A DNA stretch of 63,144 nt, the filler included. It is 7 parts of 7 records of this genome, joined end to end, with 100 filler letters (N's around TTAATTAATTAA, not from the genome) between each part and the next. Parts side by side here need not be neighbours in the genome. Positions count along the whole stretch, not along the records: positions 24,819 to 30,132 come from SRR31156797_7992; positions 30,233 to 39,477 come from SRR31156797_7993; 5 more parts are not named here. One strand, 5' to 3'. The notes below the pieces were generated by a model. The model searched no databases, was not told where the DNA came from, and worked only from the letters and a program-made list of their open reading frames with translations. Shown here one piece after another: positions 27,127 through 35,991 of this stretch. Each line of letters starts with the position of its first letter. Within the stretch, counting starts at the first letter, position 1. Position numbers and translations under genes: made by a program.

Positions 27127-28593
27127 ATGACTGCTACAATTGAGAAAGAAAAGTGGAGCTTAAGAAGACACACCAAAGACTTTGACAAGCTATGCCTTGT
27201 TGCTAAATTTATTAAAGAATATACTGAGTCTTCTATATCTAATGATGACAAAGCCAATATCCAACTTCTTTTAAAAGAAAAAGGGTTATACAGTGAAAGA
27301 AATCCTGAAATGCCTCTAGATGCTATTGACCATAAAATTAGAGATTTAGCATTTTACATGTTTGGCTATCGAGCTAAAGTCAACGGTGAAAAAAAGTTCC
27401 TTTTCAGCCCACTGGGAAACCTGTTCTTAAAACACATAGAAAATAAAGATAATTTAACTAAAATATTCTTTGCAATGCTCTGGGGAGTGCAGTTTGAACA
27501 CCCTGAAAGCAATACAAGTTCTGCATTTAATATATATCCCTTTAGGCTCATATTCAGCCTACTTGCCGATGACTCTTTAGAGAACAAACTATATGCTTAT
27601 GAAGTCGAAGGAGTGCTAATGCTTACTCAGCATATCACTACAGCGGAAGAATATAAGGGTCTTGTACAAAAAATTTTATGTTTTAGAAATAAATCAGATG
27701 AAGAACTCATAACGTTTTTTAATAATGAAAGACACGCTATGGTTAATGCAGCCCATGAGTGGGATTATTATTGTTCCGAAGTTTTAGTTAGTTCTGGTGT
27801 CATTGACAAAAAGAACGGAAAAATTATCTGCAAATTAAAGCACGGTAATACAAATACAAATAGGAGAATCACAAAGAATGTTATTACCATCAACAATGAA
27901 CTAATCACATTTTATGAAACACTTGCTCGTGAGTACCCACTTTTTGAAACACCATTGCAATTAAATGATAACGAAAGGTTGAAAGATGATATTATAAAAG
28001 AGATTTATTCTTTTTTCCCAAAATGCCTATTGAGTGAAATTGAAGACAATTCTGAAAAAGCTATAATTATTGAAGAATTATTAGAATTACCGTCACTAAT
28101 TGAGCAATACTCCAACAATAACGATGGTGCAGAAGCATACCTTTTTGAAGATAAGCTTACTGAAGGTTTTAATATGTTTTACAATATTGAAGCAAAAAAA
28201 ATAGGCGGAGCTGGAAACACTGACATAGAATGCTTATACTTGAGCGAACCAACAGATAAAAAATTTGCTGTAGATGCTAAATCTACAAAAAATAAGCTAT
28301 CTGGAATAAACTCGGGCAGACTCAGAGAACACAGAGAAAAAATAGGTGGAGATTACACTATTGTTATAACTTCAAGATATGTACCTGCTGTTAAGGCAGA
28401 TATTAAAAACACAGATATTGTTATAATACTAGCAAGTACATTTTCAGAGTACTTATATAACTGTATACAAAATGACATTAGAGAAATTGATTATAAATAT
28501 TTTGATGAAATAGTCAGGAATAATTACGGGAAAGACATAAGCAAAGATATCTCAGATCTCACCTTTAAACAATTTGCCTCAAGTTCAAGTTAA
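27127..28593 (+). CDS. Type IIS restriction endonuclease, HgaI-like
   Basis: Follows two C5 MTases; C-terminal PD-(D/E)xK-type site (FE...GNTDIE...VDAKST); 488 aa. Confidence 0.8.
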   Translation: MTATIEKEKWSLRRHTKDFDKLCLVAKFIKEYTESSISNDDKANIQLLLKEKGLYSERNPEMPLDAIDHKIRDLAFYMFGYRAKVNGEKKFLFSPLGNLFLKHIENKDNLTKIFFAMLWGVQFEHPESNTSSAFNIYPFRLIFSLLADDSLENKLYAYEVEGVLMLTQHITTAEEYKGLVQKILCFRNKSDEELITFFNNERHAMVNAAHEWDYYCSEVLVSSGVIDKKNGKIICKLKHGNTNTNRRITKNVITINNELITFYETLAREYPLFETPLQLNDNERLKDDIIKEIYSFFPKCLLSEIEDNSEKAIIIEELLELPSLIEQYSNNNDGAEAYLFEDKLTEGFNMFYNIEAKKIGGAGNTDIECLYLSEPTDKKFAVDAKSTKNKLSGINSGRLREHREKIGGDYTIVITSRYVPAVKADIKNTDIVIILASTFSEYLYNCIQNDIREIDYKYFDEIVRNNYGKDISKDISDLTFKQFASSSS

Positions 28594-28667
28594 TTTATTC
28601 ACCATTAACACTGTACAACTCATTTTATATACAATAATCAAAAACAGTACAAAGCAATATCAGCCCC

Positions 28668-30011
28668 TTACCTTATAATAGTCTCCTTGTTAAGCAGTAT
28701 ACTAAACACTCTTTTACTTCTTGCTACTGTATAATAGCACCAGATTTCAGGGTTATGATATTGATCTAGGTCATAATCCATATAGTTAGTGGCGTAGCTT
28801 TCTAACCCAATATCGTCTATATAGCCATCATCATAAAGTTTAACTATGTAGTCCATGTAGTCATCAAGCGTGTCACATATAACCTCTTCTCTGTATGTCT
28901 CTTCAACCTTAACAGTGTCAATTTCCCAATATACTTTTCCTTGCCGTTTAAGTAACACTAAATCATATAAGCTGAATTTACGTTCCTGTAGTTCTTTATA
29001 GAACTTGTTATAGATAAAGAAAGGTACAAGCACTCTTGAGTATGAGATCATACGAAGCCTGTTGTATCGAATTAAAACCTCCTCTTTACGCTCTCTCTTT
29101 GTGCCTGTGCCGTCCTCCTTCATGCCTATACCCTTCATTACATACTTGGTGATGTAGCGCATTACCTGAGTGTAATAGTCCTTTTGATACTTAGACTCAT
29201 CGTTTATGAACTTGATATATAGAAAGTCACCACCCTTGACACTAGTACCAGACTCGACATAACAATCAGGTTTTTTTGAACTGAATCGTTCAAGGTTGAA
29301 AGCCTCTATAAACTGCTCTTTGAACTTTGAAGATATGACATATTCTGTACGACCAATTGCCTGCAAGTTATCTCTTTTACGTTTGATAGCTTTATAAAGC
29401 TCCGAAAAAGCTATACAAGAGTCAGGGATGTAATAAGCACAATGCGAGTGAAGTGTTAAATCTTTCTGAAACTCAAGCGTGTAAATATACTGAAACTTCT
29501 CAGCAGGTATGTAAAACCAAGGTTCTTTCATTCTAAGCCGTGTCATTCTGTTTTGGGTAGGCTCTCTAAAAAGGCGATCATCTCTTAATGTCCTATGAAA
29601 GTGTCGCAATATACCTGACTGATATTTGACTATTTCAACATCTTCATCATTAAACCGTAGATCACTCAGGGTAACGGTAACAAATGCCATCTTAAGATCA
29701 CTATCACCAGCAAGTTTATTGAAAGTATCAGTAAGATTTAGATACTGTGCGTATCGCTTTTTCTGTTGATGCTCTTTCACCTGTGCTAGCGGAATGTCTC
29801 TGTCTCCTACTTTTACTGAGTGAGTTTTAAGATAGTTTTCTATGGCTCGGTCTTTTAGGTCATAAACTTTAAGGAGATAGTTAAGCGTAAAAGCAGGTCT
29901 AAGTTCTCCAACCGCATTTAGAGTAGAACTAAACAAGGGGGACGTAGCAACGTTATCAACCGATGCGATGGTTCGGCGGTCGCACGAAGTGCCCCCACCG
30001 CCCCTACGCAT
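28668..30011 (-). CDS. HUH-superfamily rolling-circle replication initiator (two-tyrosine type)
   Basis: Motif 1 FVTVTL, motif 2 EFQKDLTLHSH, motif 3 YITKYVMK; ATG 30011 overlaps the end of the upstream HTH gene. Confidence 0.82.
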   Translation of the reverse strand: MRRGGGGTSCDRRTIASVDNVATSPLFSSTLNAVGELRPAFTLNYLLKVYDLKDRAIENYLKTHSVKVGDRDIPLAQVKEHQQKKRYAQYLNLTDTFNKLAGDSDLKMAFVTVTLSDLRFNDEDVEIVKYQSGILRHFHRTLRDDRLFREPTQNRMTRLRMKEPWFYIPAEKFQYIYTLEFQKDLTLHSHCAYYIPDSCIAFSELYKAIKRKRDNLQAIGRTEYVISSKFKEQFIEAFNLERFSSKKPDCYVESGTSVKGGDFLYIKFINDESKYQKDYYTQVMRYITKYVMKGIGMKEDGTGTKRERKEEVLIRYNRLRMISYSRVLVPFFIYNKFYKELQERKFSLYDLVLLKRQGKVYWEIDTVKVEETYREEVICDTLDDYMDYIVKLYDDGYIDDIGLESYATNYMDYDLDQYHNPEIWCYYTVARSKRVFSILLNKETIIR

Positions 30012-30132
30012 CGTCAAGACCTTTAGGTTTAACAGTGCCAGACTCTATTATTTCATCTAAAGTCTCTTTCTTGATAAACACACGCCTTGAGATTTTGACA
30101 TACTCGATTCTGCGCTTATAAATCCAGTCGTA
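30004..30132 (-). CDS. Excisionase-like HTH (HTH_17/MerR-like) protein, 5' truncated; absent from the ORF track
   Basis: Manual translation YDWIYKRRIEYVKISRRVFIKKETLDEIIESGTVKPKGLDDA* fits the Xis-type pattern YxWxxxxxIxxVKxxRRV. Confidence 0.75.
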   Translation of the reverse strand, partial: YDWIYKRRIEYVKISRRVFIKKETLDEIIESGTVKPKGLDDA

Positions 30133-30232
30133 NNNNNNNNNNNNNNNNNNNNNNNNNNNNNNNNNNNNNNNNNNNNTTAATTAATTAANNNNNNNNNNNN
30201 NNNNNNNNNNNNNNNNNNNNNNNNNNNNNNNN
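30133..30232. other. Artificial contig spacer
   Basis: 44 N + TTAATTAATTAA + 44 N. Confidence 0.99.
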
Positions 30233-30233
30233 A

Positions 30234-30323
30234 AAAAGTAACGACCGGGACTTTCTTTTCGGCGACGTTGCACGATAATAATAAAAATGAAAAAATGAAT
30301 AGAAAACAGCATATTCTTTCCAT
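30234..30323 (-). CDS. N-terminus of a lipoprotein, truncated by contig edge
   Basis: Manual translation MERICCFLFIFSFLLLSCNVAEKKVPVVTF with lipobox LLSC. Confidence 0.6.
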
Positions 30324-30436
30324 GAGAAAATAAATTTGGCATAACTGAAATAAAACTATAAAATTGTTTTTATCGATGGGTGAATAAAAAGTATATTTTT
30401 GAAATAACTTAAAAGAATACTAAAACCAACATACAA

Positions 30437-30958
30437 ATGGAAGATTTCTCTAATTCGGTACTGCCTCCACAAAATTTACCAGTAATTGAAAAACAAACGT
30501 TTAATCCTCTTGAAAAAAGCTACCTGAAGATTCTTTTTATCCGGTTGGTCGTTTTTCTTCTGTTAATCACAGCGGGCCTCCTGGCTTTTCTTTTTCTATC
30601 AGATGAAAACACACCCCTTTTTCTGAAGATCATATTTTCCGGAGTTACTTTTATATTGATTCTTTTGTCTGTTGTAACAACTTACCTGGGATTCCCCCGA
30701 AAGGGATACCTGATTCGCGATCACGATATCACATTTCAAAAAGGATTACTTGTTTATAAAGTTACGTCAGTACCTTTTAACCGAATTCAGCACGTTGAAG
30801 TTAGCCAGGGTATACTGGCTAAAAAATATAAGCTTTCTACCATAAAAATATTTACTGCAGGTGGTAGTGCAAGCGATTTATCGATTCCGGGATTACCTGA
30901 AGATGTTGCTCAGAACTTAAAAGCTTTTCTATCTGAAAAAATAAGCGAACATGAGTAA
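30437..30958 (+). CDS. YdbS-like membrane protein with bacterial PH domain
   Basis: Two TM helices, then KG...VPFNRIQHVEVSQG...IFTAGG...IPGL. Confidence 0.85.
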   Translation: MEDFSNSVLPPQNLPVIEKQTFNPLEKSYLKILFIRLVVFLLLITAGLLAFLFLSDENTPLFLKIIFSGVTFILILLSVVTTYLGFPRKGYLIRDHDITFQKGLLVYKVTSVPFNRIQHVEVSQGILAKKYKLSTIKIFTAGGSASDLSIPGLPEDVAQNLKAFLSEKISEHE

Positions 30959-32441
30959 GATCAATCTCACTCAACCAACAAGGCAATCGGCTAAAGGGCT
31001 GGTTTTAATCTTCCTCCAGTCTATTCGCTCGGCAATAAGAATGTTTTGGGCACCTATCGGACTACTCGTAATTCAGCGAAACATTTTCGAAAACAAAGCC
31101 ATAATCCCAATAATACTGGTAGTTCTTTTTGTACTACTTATTGTCCATACTATCTTTTATTACCTCCATTTTTACTACTATGTAAAAAACGATGAGTTTA
31201 TTTTGAAAAAAGGATACCTACGCAAAAAGGTACTCACCATTCCTATTGAACGGATTCAAAGTATAAATACCAAACAAAATCTAATACAGCAAGTACTTGA
31301 TATTGTTGCTCTTGAAATTGACACAGCAGGAACTGCAGGAAAGGAGCTGAAAATACATGCTTTGGAAAGAGCGTATGCAGAAGAATTATACCAACTGCTG
31401 AATAGCGGTCGAGAATCAGAAGTAGCAAAGGGAAAAAGCGAGGAAATTGCTGAAGAAGCTGAAAAGGCGGACAAAACAGTTCTAACACTTACTCCTGTCG
31501 ACCTACTTAAAATCGGAATAAGTCAAAATCATTTTCGTACTGCCATGATTATTCTGGCATTTGGCTACCAAATTTTTGATCAGGCACAAGAACTTTTTAG
31601 AGAAAGGGCTGAAGAGTATTCCAATGAACTGGTACAACACATTTCGGAATCGAGTGTTACGCTTATTGTCATTCTGGTTATTTTCTTCCTGATCATTTCC
31701 ATTCTGTTTTCTCTTTTTCGTACCCTGTTTAAATATTTCGATTTTAAACTGCAAAAAAAGGGAAATGCTTACCAAATAGAAGCTGGCCTTTTGAATAAGC
31801 GAACTGTGGTTGTTCCTCATACTAAAATTCAAGAAATTAGCTGGGCTACTAATCCTTTAAAGAAGCTATTTGGGATTTACCACATAACATTTAAACAGGC
31901 TGTTAGCAAGCAAGACAATCAAATACAGTTGGTCGATGCTCCAGGGTGTTTAAATCAACACCTTGAATTATTAAAAAACGATTTATTTGGCACAGATGAG
32001 TTAAATGACCAAACAAAACATTTTTCTAACAAACAATATTTTAGAGTGCTATGGATGAGCTCAGGGTGGCTGCCAGCAATGCTTATCTCTCCTTTTCTTT
32101 TTTCGGAATGGATTTTCTGGCTAGCTGCCGCTGGCTGGATCCTGTTAACAGCAGGGTATAACCAGTTAGTACTACAAAAAAGATATTTTCAACTAAATAA
32201 CAACCAGATAAGAGTATCGGCCGGTGCCATTTCGCAAAAATGGAAACAAATGGAGTTGTATAAAATCCAGTCAGTTAGCTTCAAACAATCCATCTTTCAC
32301 AAACGAAGATCGCTGGCGACCATCCACTTAATGAATGCTTCAGGCTCCATTACTATTCCGTATATTAATGAAGATCTGGCCAGGCAGATTTATGATTACT
32401 TACTCTACCATACCGAAACTTCAACAAAAAAATGGATGTAG
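30951..32441 (+). CDS. YdbT-like membrane protein with repeated bacterial PH domains
   Basis: IPIERIQSIN, VPHTKIQEI and LYKIQSVS repeats separated by TM pairs; overlaps the ydbS-like gene. Confidence 0.85.
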   Translation: MSKINLTQPTRQSAKGLVLIFLQSIRSAIRMFWAPIGLLVIQRNIFENKAIIPIILVVLFVLLIVHTIFYYLHFYYYVKNDEFILKKGYLRKKVLTIPIERIQSINTKQNLIQQVLDIVALEIDTAGTAGKELKIHALERAYAEELYQLLNSGRESEVAKGKSEEIAEEAEKADKTVLTLTPVDLLKIGISQNHFRTAMIILAFGYQIFDQAQELFRERAEEYSNELVQHISESSVTLIVILVIFFLIISILFSLFRTLFKYFDFKLQKKGNAYQIEAGLLNKRTVVVPHTKIQEISWATNPLKKLFGIYHITFKQAVSKQDNQIQLVDAPGCLNQHLELLKNDLFGTDELNDQTKHFSNKQYFRVLWMSSGWLPAMLISPFLFSEWIFWLAAAGWILLTAGYNQLVLQKRYFQLNNNQIRVSAGAISQKWKQMELYKIQSVSFKQSIFHKRRSLATIHLMNASGSITIPYINEDLARQIYDYLLYHTETSTKKWM

Positions 32442-32589
32442 CAGATTAACTCGTAATAATGTTTATGGATGCTTTTAATAAGGTTAAAATTTAAAGAAAA
32501 TTTGAACAAAAAAGATTAGCTTTGACTTGCTTTCATTTTTACTAAACAACTAAAATTTAAATCAGATAAACTACTAAAAGACTTATCAA

Positions 32590-33867
32590 ATGGCAAAAGG
32601 AACAAACTTTTTAAAAACACACAAAATGACTGCTGATGATATCAGCATCAAAGGAATAGTTAATGCATTTTTATCGGAAATGGATCAGGGACTCGCTGGA
32701 AAGGAAAGTTCGCTACTGATGTTACCGACCTATATTGAAGCTGAAGGTGAAGTAAAAGTAAATGATCCGGTAATTGCGATTGATGCCGGGGGAACAAATT
32801 TCAGGGTTGCCAAAATCTATTTTGATGAAAATCTGCAGTTAATTACAGAAAACATTCAAAAAGCAAAAATGCCGGGTGTTGAAGCCGAACTTTCTAAAAG
32901 AGAATTTTTCGATACGTTTGCCGATTATATAAAAGACTACAAAAACGTTTCGGAAAAAGTTGGTTTTTGCTTTTCGTATCCCGTTGAAATTTTTCCATCA
33001 AAAGACGGGAAGCTACTGGAATGGAGCAAAGAGGTAAAAGCCCCCGAGGTAATCGGCACCATGGTAGGTGAAGAGCTGATGGCCACAATGGGCACACCGG
33101 AAAAACAGTTGGTTTTAATGAACGACACGGTTTCAACCTTACTGGCAGGAAAAGCAGCACGCGCTGTAAAAGCTTACGATACTTACATTGGTTTTATTTT
33201 AGGGACAGGAACAAACACCAGCTATATTGAAACCAATAAAAACATAACTAAAACAAATGGTTTAAATATGGAAGGCAGCCAGATTATTAACATCGAATCG
33301 GGAGCTTTTACCCTGGCTCCCCGAACCGATATCGATGTAGCCTTTGATAACACAACCAAAAATCCGGGGCGTTATGCCTTTGAAAAGATGATTTCAGGAG
33401 GTTACTTTGGTGGGCTGTGTACAACCGCTTTAAAAACGGCTGCAGCTGAAGGTATTTTTGCCGATGCTTCAGTTTTTGAGAGTCTTGAAGAACTGACTTC
33501 TGAAGAAGTAAACAAATATGTACACGGTATTGAAGATGCTAAAAGTGTTTTACCAGGTGTATTCTTTAACGAATCGGATAAATTAATTGCGGCCGAAATA
33601 ATCGATGGATTAATTGAACGTGCGGCCAGGCTGGTTGCTGCCAATCTTGCTGCGGTTATATTAAAAACCGGCAAAGGGAAACATCACGAAAAGCCAGTGT
33701 TAATGACTATTGAAGGAACAACATTTTATAAACTACACAATTTCCAGAAAATGTTTGAGCAAAACCTTCAAAGTTTCCTGTCGGGAGAAAATCAACGTTA
33801 CTACGAAATTGTAGAAGTTGAAAACTCAAGTTTACTTGGTGCAGCTATTGCGGCTATTGTAAACTAG
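32590..33867 (+). CDS. Hexokinase (eukaryotic-type family)
   Basis: LMLPTY, AIDAGGTNFRV, GFCFSYP, WSKE, NDTVSTL, ILGTGTN, FEKMISGGYFG. Confidence 0.93.
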   Translation: MAKGTNFLKTHKMTADDISIKGIVNAFLSEMDQGLAGKESSLLMLPTYIEAEGEVKVNDPVIAIDAGGTNFRVAKIYFDENLQLITENIQKAKMPGVEAELSKREFFDTFADYIKDYKNVSEKVGFCFSYPVEIFPSKDGKLLEWSKEVKAPEVIGTMVGEELMATMGTPEKQLVLMNDTVSTLLAGKAARAVKAYDTYIGFILGTGTNTSYIETNKNITKTNGLNMEGSQIINIESGAFTLAPRTDIDVAFDNTTKNPGRYAFEKMISGGYFGGLCTTALKTAAAEGIFADASVFESLEELTSEEVNKYVHGIEDAKSVLPGVFFNESDKLIAAEIIDGLIERAARLVAANLAAVILKTGKGKHHEKPVLMTIEGTTFYKLHNFQKMFEQNLQSFLSGENQRYYEIVEVENSSLLGAAIAAIVN

Positions 33868-33996
33868 TATGCTTTTTATACCAAAAAAATATTAGAAAAC
33901 ATAATTTATTCACCCGGTGAACATCGCGTCATCGGGTGAATAGTATAAGGTATTGGGCGAACTCCTGTAACTGGCAAAAATATTTTTGCCCAAAAA

Positions 33997-34743
33997 CTAC
34001 ACCAGCTCAAACACCTTGTTTTTAACCAAATCGAACAAAAAAACATGCTGGAAACGGGATTGAAATTCTTCGTTTAGAATTTTATTTGTCAGGTTAAAAC
34101 TTCTTCCACCACGCAGGCAATCAGTTGTAACAAGCAACCAATAATAATTCAGGCGCTGTTTCTGATAAAGCCGCAGTTTATTATCCTTTTTTTGAATTGC
34201 TTTTCGAATATCGTCTATTACATCGTTTGAAATTCCAAGATTATTTGAACGCTCCCATACAGAATTCTCCAGTCCCGGATGATGAACAATAAGTACCTGC
34301 TTCAAACCTGGCGGTAAAACGGCATTGGTTAAGGTGATTTGGAAAAAACTATTCTCTTTCCTGCCTTTTATGCTTTCGCGGATCTGACTAACAGTTTTTG
34401 CCTTAACTGCCATTTCTCTTTCAGGAGTTATTCTTTCTTTTTCTGAAAACAGAAATTTTACAAACAGTTTTATACCAGAGTTCCTTTCAAAAAGCTCTTT
34501 CATTTCATCAATAAATTCCTGACGGAAGATTATTTCTCTTTTATGTTCTTCTGTTCGGGGTAAAGCATTTGCCGGATTTAAACGCGTTAGTTCTATTCCC
34601 AATTCCTGTGCATTCTTCATTTTCACAATAAAATCAGGCGATTCGGTAGCAATTACTTTCCCCTTAGGAAAATCTTTGTAGTTTTCTCTGAAATAATTAA
34701 TAAGCAGAACTTCAAGCTGTTTTTTTAGCTCCTGTATTGCCAT
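33997..34743 (-). CDS. Hypothetical protein with PD-(D/E)xK nuclease-like motif
   Basis: ESPDFIV...LGIELT near the N-terminus; 248-aa ORF starting 3 nt after the upstream stop. Confidence 0.6.
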   Translation of the reverse strand: MAIQELKKQLEVLLINYFRENYKDFPKGKVIATESPDFIVKMKNAQELGIELTRLNPANALPRTEEHKREIIFRQEFIDEMKELFERNSGIKLFVKFLFSEKERITPEREMAVKAKTVSQIRESIKGRKENSFFQITLTNAVLPPGLKQVLIVHHPGLENSVWERSNNLGISNDVIDDIRKAIQKKDNKLRLYQKQRLNYYWLLVTTDCLRGGRSFNLTNKILNEEFQSRFQHVFLFDLVKNKVFELV

Positions 34744-34746
34744 AGC

Positions 34747-35745
34747 TTAATTTCCAGGTGTGCTATTATCCATTAATTTAAAAAGATCATTAACAATAGC
34801 ATTGCGGTTAAAATTCTCCCAATAAACTATTTTATTTGGATTATCAGGCTGATCCTTCCAGGCATTTCCAACAAGTTTAGGAGCGGGAATAATCCTTTTT
34901 TCTCCCCAGTTTTCATTTTTCAAAACCGCCAGAACAACCATGTCAAACAAAGCCCTCGAAGGCGGATTTCCGTACATTTCAGCCTTACTAAATAAATTAA
35001 AAGAATAATCACCGAAGCTGTTAAATTCACCACCATGCCTACCTGTAATAATATTTTCAGACACAGGCCCCTTTCCTTTCATATTTGCTTCCATCTCGGC
35101 CGGTACAACAGACACGGCCGATGTTCCGGTTGATTCGCCATAACGCACAGTTACCATTTCAAATTCTACACCCGACTCCATTACCGGATTAACCGATGTC
35201 GTGTCGTTTTCAAGATTATATTCTCCCGGATCAGGATAATTCCCTCCCAACCATACCACTTTTACTTTATCCACAATTTTTGGCTCTTTTAAAATCGCTA
35301 AAGCAATGTTGGTTAACTTCCCAACCGGAACCAAAACCAGTTTCCCGCCCTCCATTTTCATGGCTTCTTCTATAATAAAGTCGACTGCTGATTTTCCATC
35401 AAATGTTGATTGAAATACCGTAGGAGCAATATCGACATAGCTTTTATCTGCTCCGATAAAGAGTGGCACTTTCTCTTCAAGGTCGAACAGTTTAATAATA
35501 CGTTCTGCCTCATCGTATTGCCCCTGTATACCATAACCGTTCCGGGTATTGTTTACCGTTACCCCAACAACTTCAAAAACATCGGGATTCAAAAAGGCAT
35601 AGGCAAGTGCATGCTGATCATCGAGCTCGTTATTGGCATCAGTATCAATAAGAATCTTTAATTTCTGAACATCTTTTTTCTTGTTTGTTGTACAAGCGAT
35701 TAAAACAAAAAGCATTGTTACTATTGAAAAAAATACACGAGTCAT
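34747..35745 (-). CDS. Nucleoside hydrolase family lipoprotein
   Basis: ILIDTDANNELDD, GKLTNIALA, WLGG...EYN; lipobox LIAC. Confidence 0.88.
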   Translation of the reverse strand: MTRVFFSIVTMLFVLIACTTNKKKDVQKLKILIDTDANNELDDQHALAYAFLNPDVFEVVGVTVNNTRNGYGIQGQYDEAERIIKLFDLEEKVPLFIGADKSYVDIAPTVFQSTFDGKSAVDFIIEEAMKMEGGKLVLVPVGKLTNIALAILKEPKIVDKVKVVWLGGNYPDPGEYNLENDTTSVNPVMESGVEFEMVTVRYGESTGTSAVSVVPAEMEANMKGKGPVSENIITGRHGGEFNSFGDYSFNLFSKAEMYGNPPSRALFDMVVLAVLKNENWGEKRIIPAPKLVGNAWKDQPDNPNKIVYWENFNRNAIVNDLFKLMDNSTPGN

Positions 35746-35991
35746 TTTGGGTCTTTTTTATTTTATCGAGTAAATATATGAAACACCTCTGATAAAGTTT
35801 TGTCCCATACCACAAATATTCAAAATCACTCCAGTTCCGTCTCTTAGATGCTGGCTATTTACTCCTCAAACTATAAAATGAAAACGAAAACCTTTAAAAC
35901 CAACCGATTCCTATTTGGAGGCATACTGAAAGGAATTTGTAGAATCAGTCAACCAAAAGTTATAAATGCTGTTTATACAGTAAAAAAATTT

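Larger units (their letters stand above)
24819..30132. mobile_element. Putative tRNA-integrated rolling-circle element (partial) carrying an R-M system
   Basis: tRNA 3' end, R-M cargo, HUH Rep and Xis-like HTH gene; integrase and the other att end are not in the contig. Confidence 0.7.

Noticed and set aside
30064-30078. CTTTCTTGATAAA, resembling the pC194/phiX174 nick motif CTTGATA
   Set aside because: It is on the strand opposite rep and is explained by the FIKKE codons of the Xis-like gene; a 7-mer match in AT-rich DNA is weak evidence.
24819-30132. No GACGC/GCGTC site found by eye in the R-M contig (possible site avoidance)
   Set aside because: Only a few sites would be expected in 5.3 kb of AT-rich DNA and the scan was manual, so absence is uninformative.
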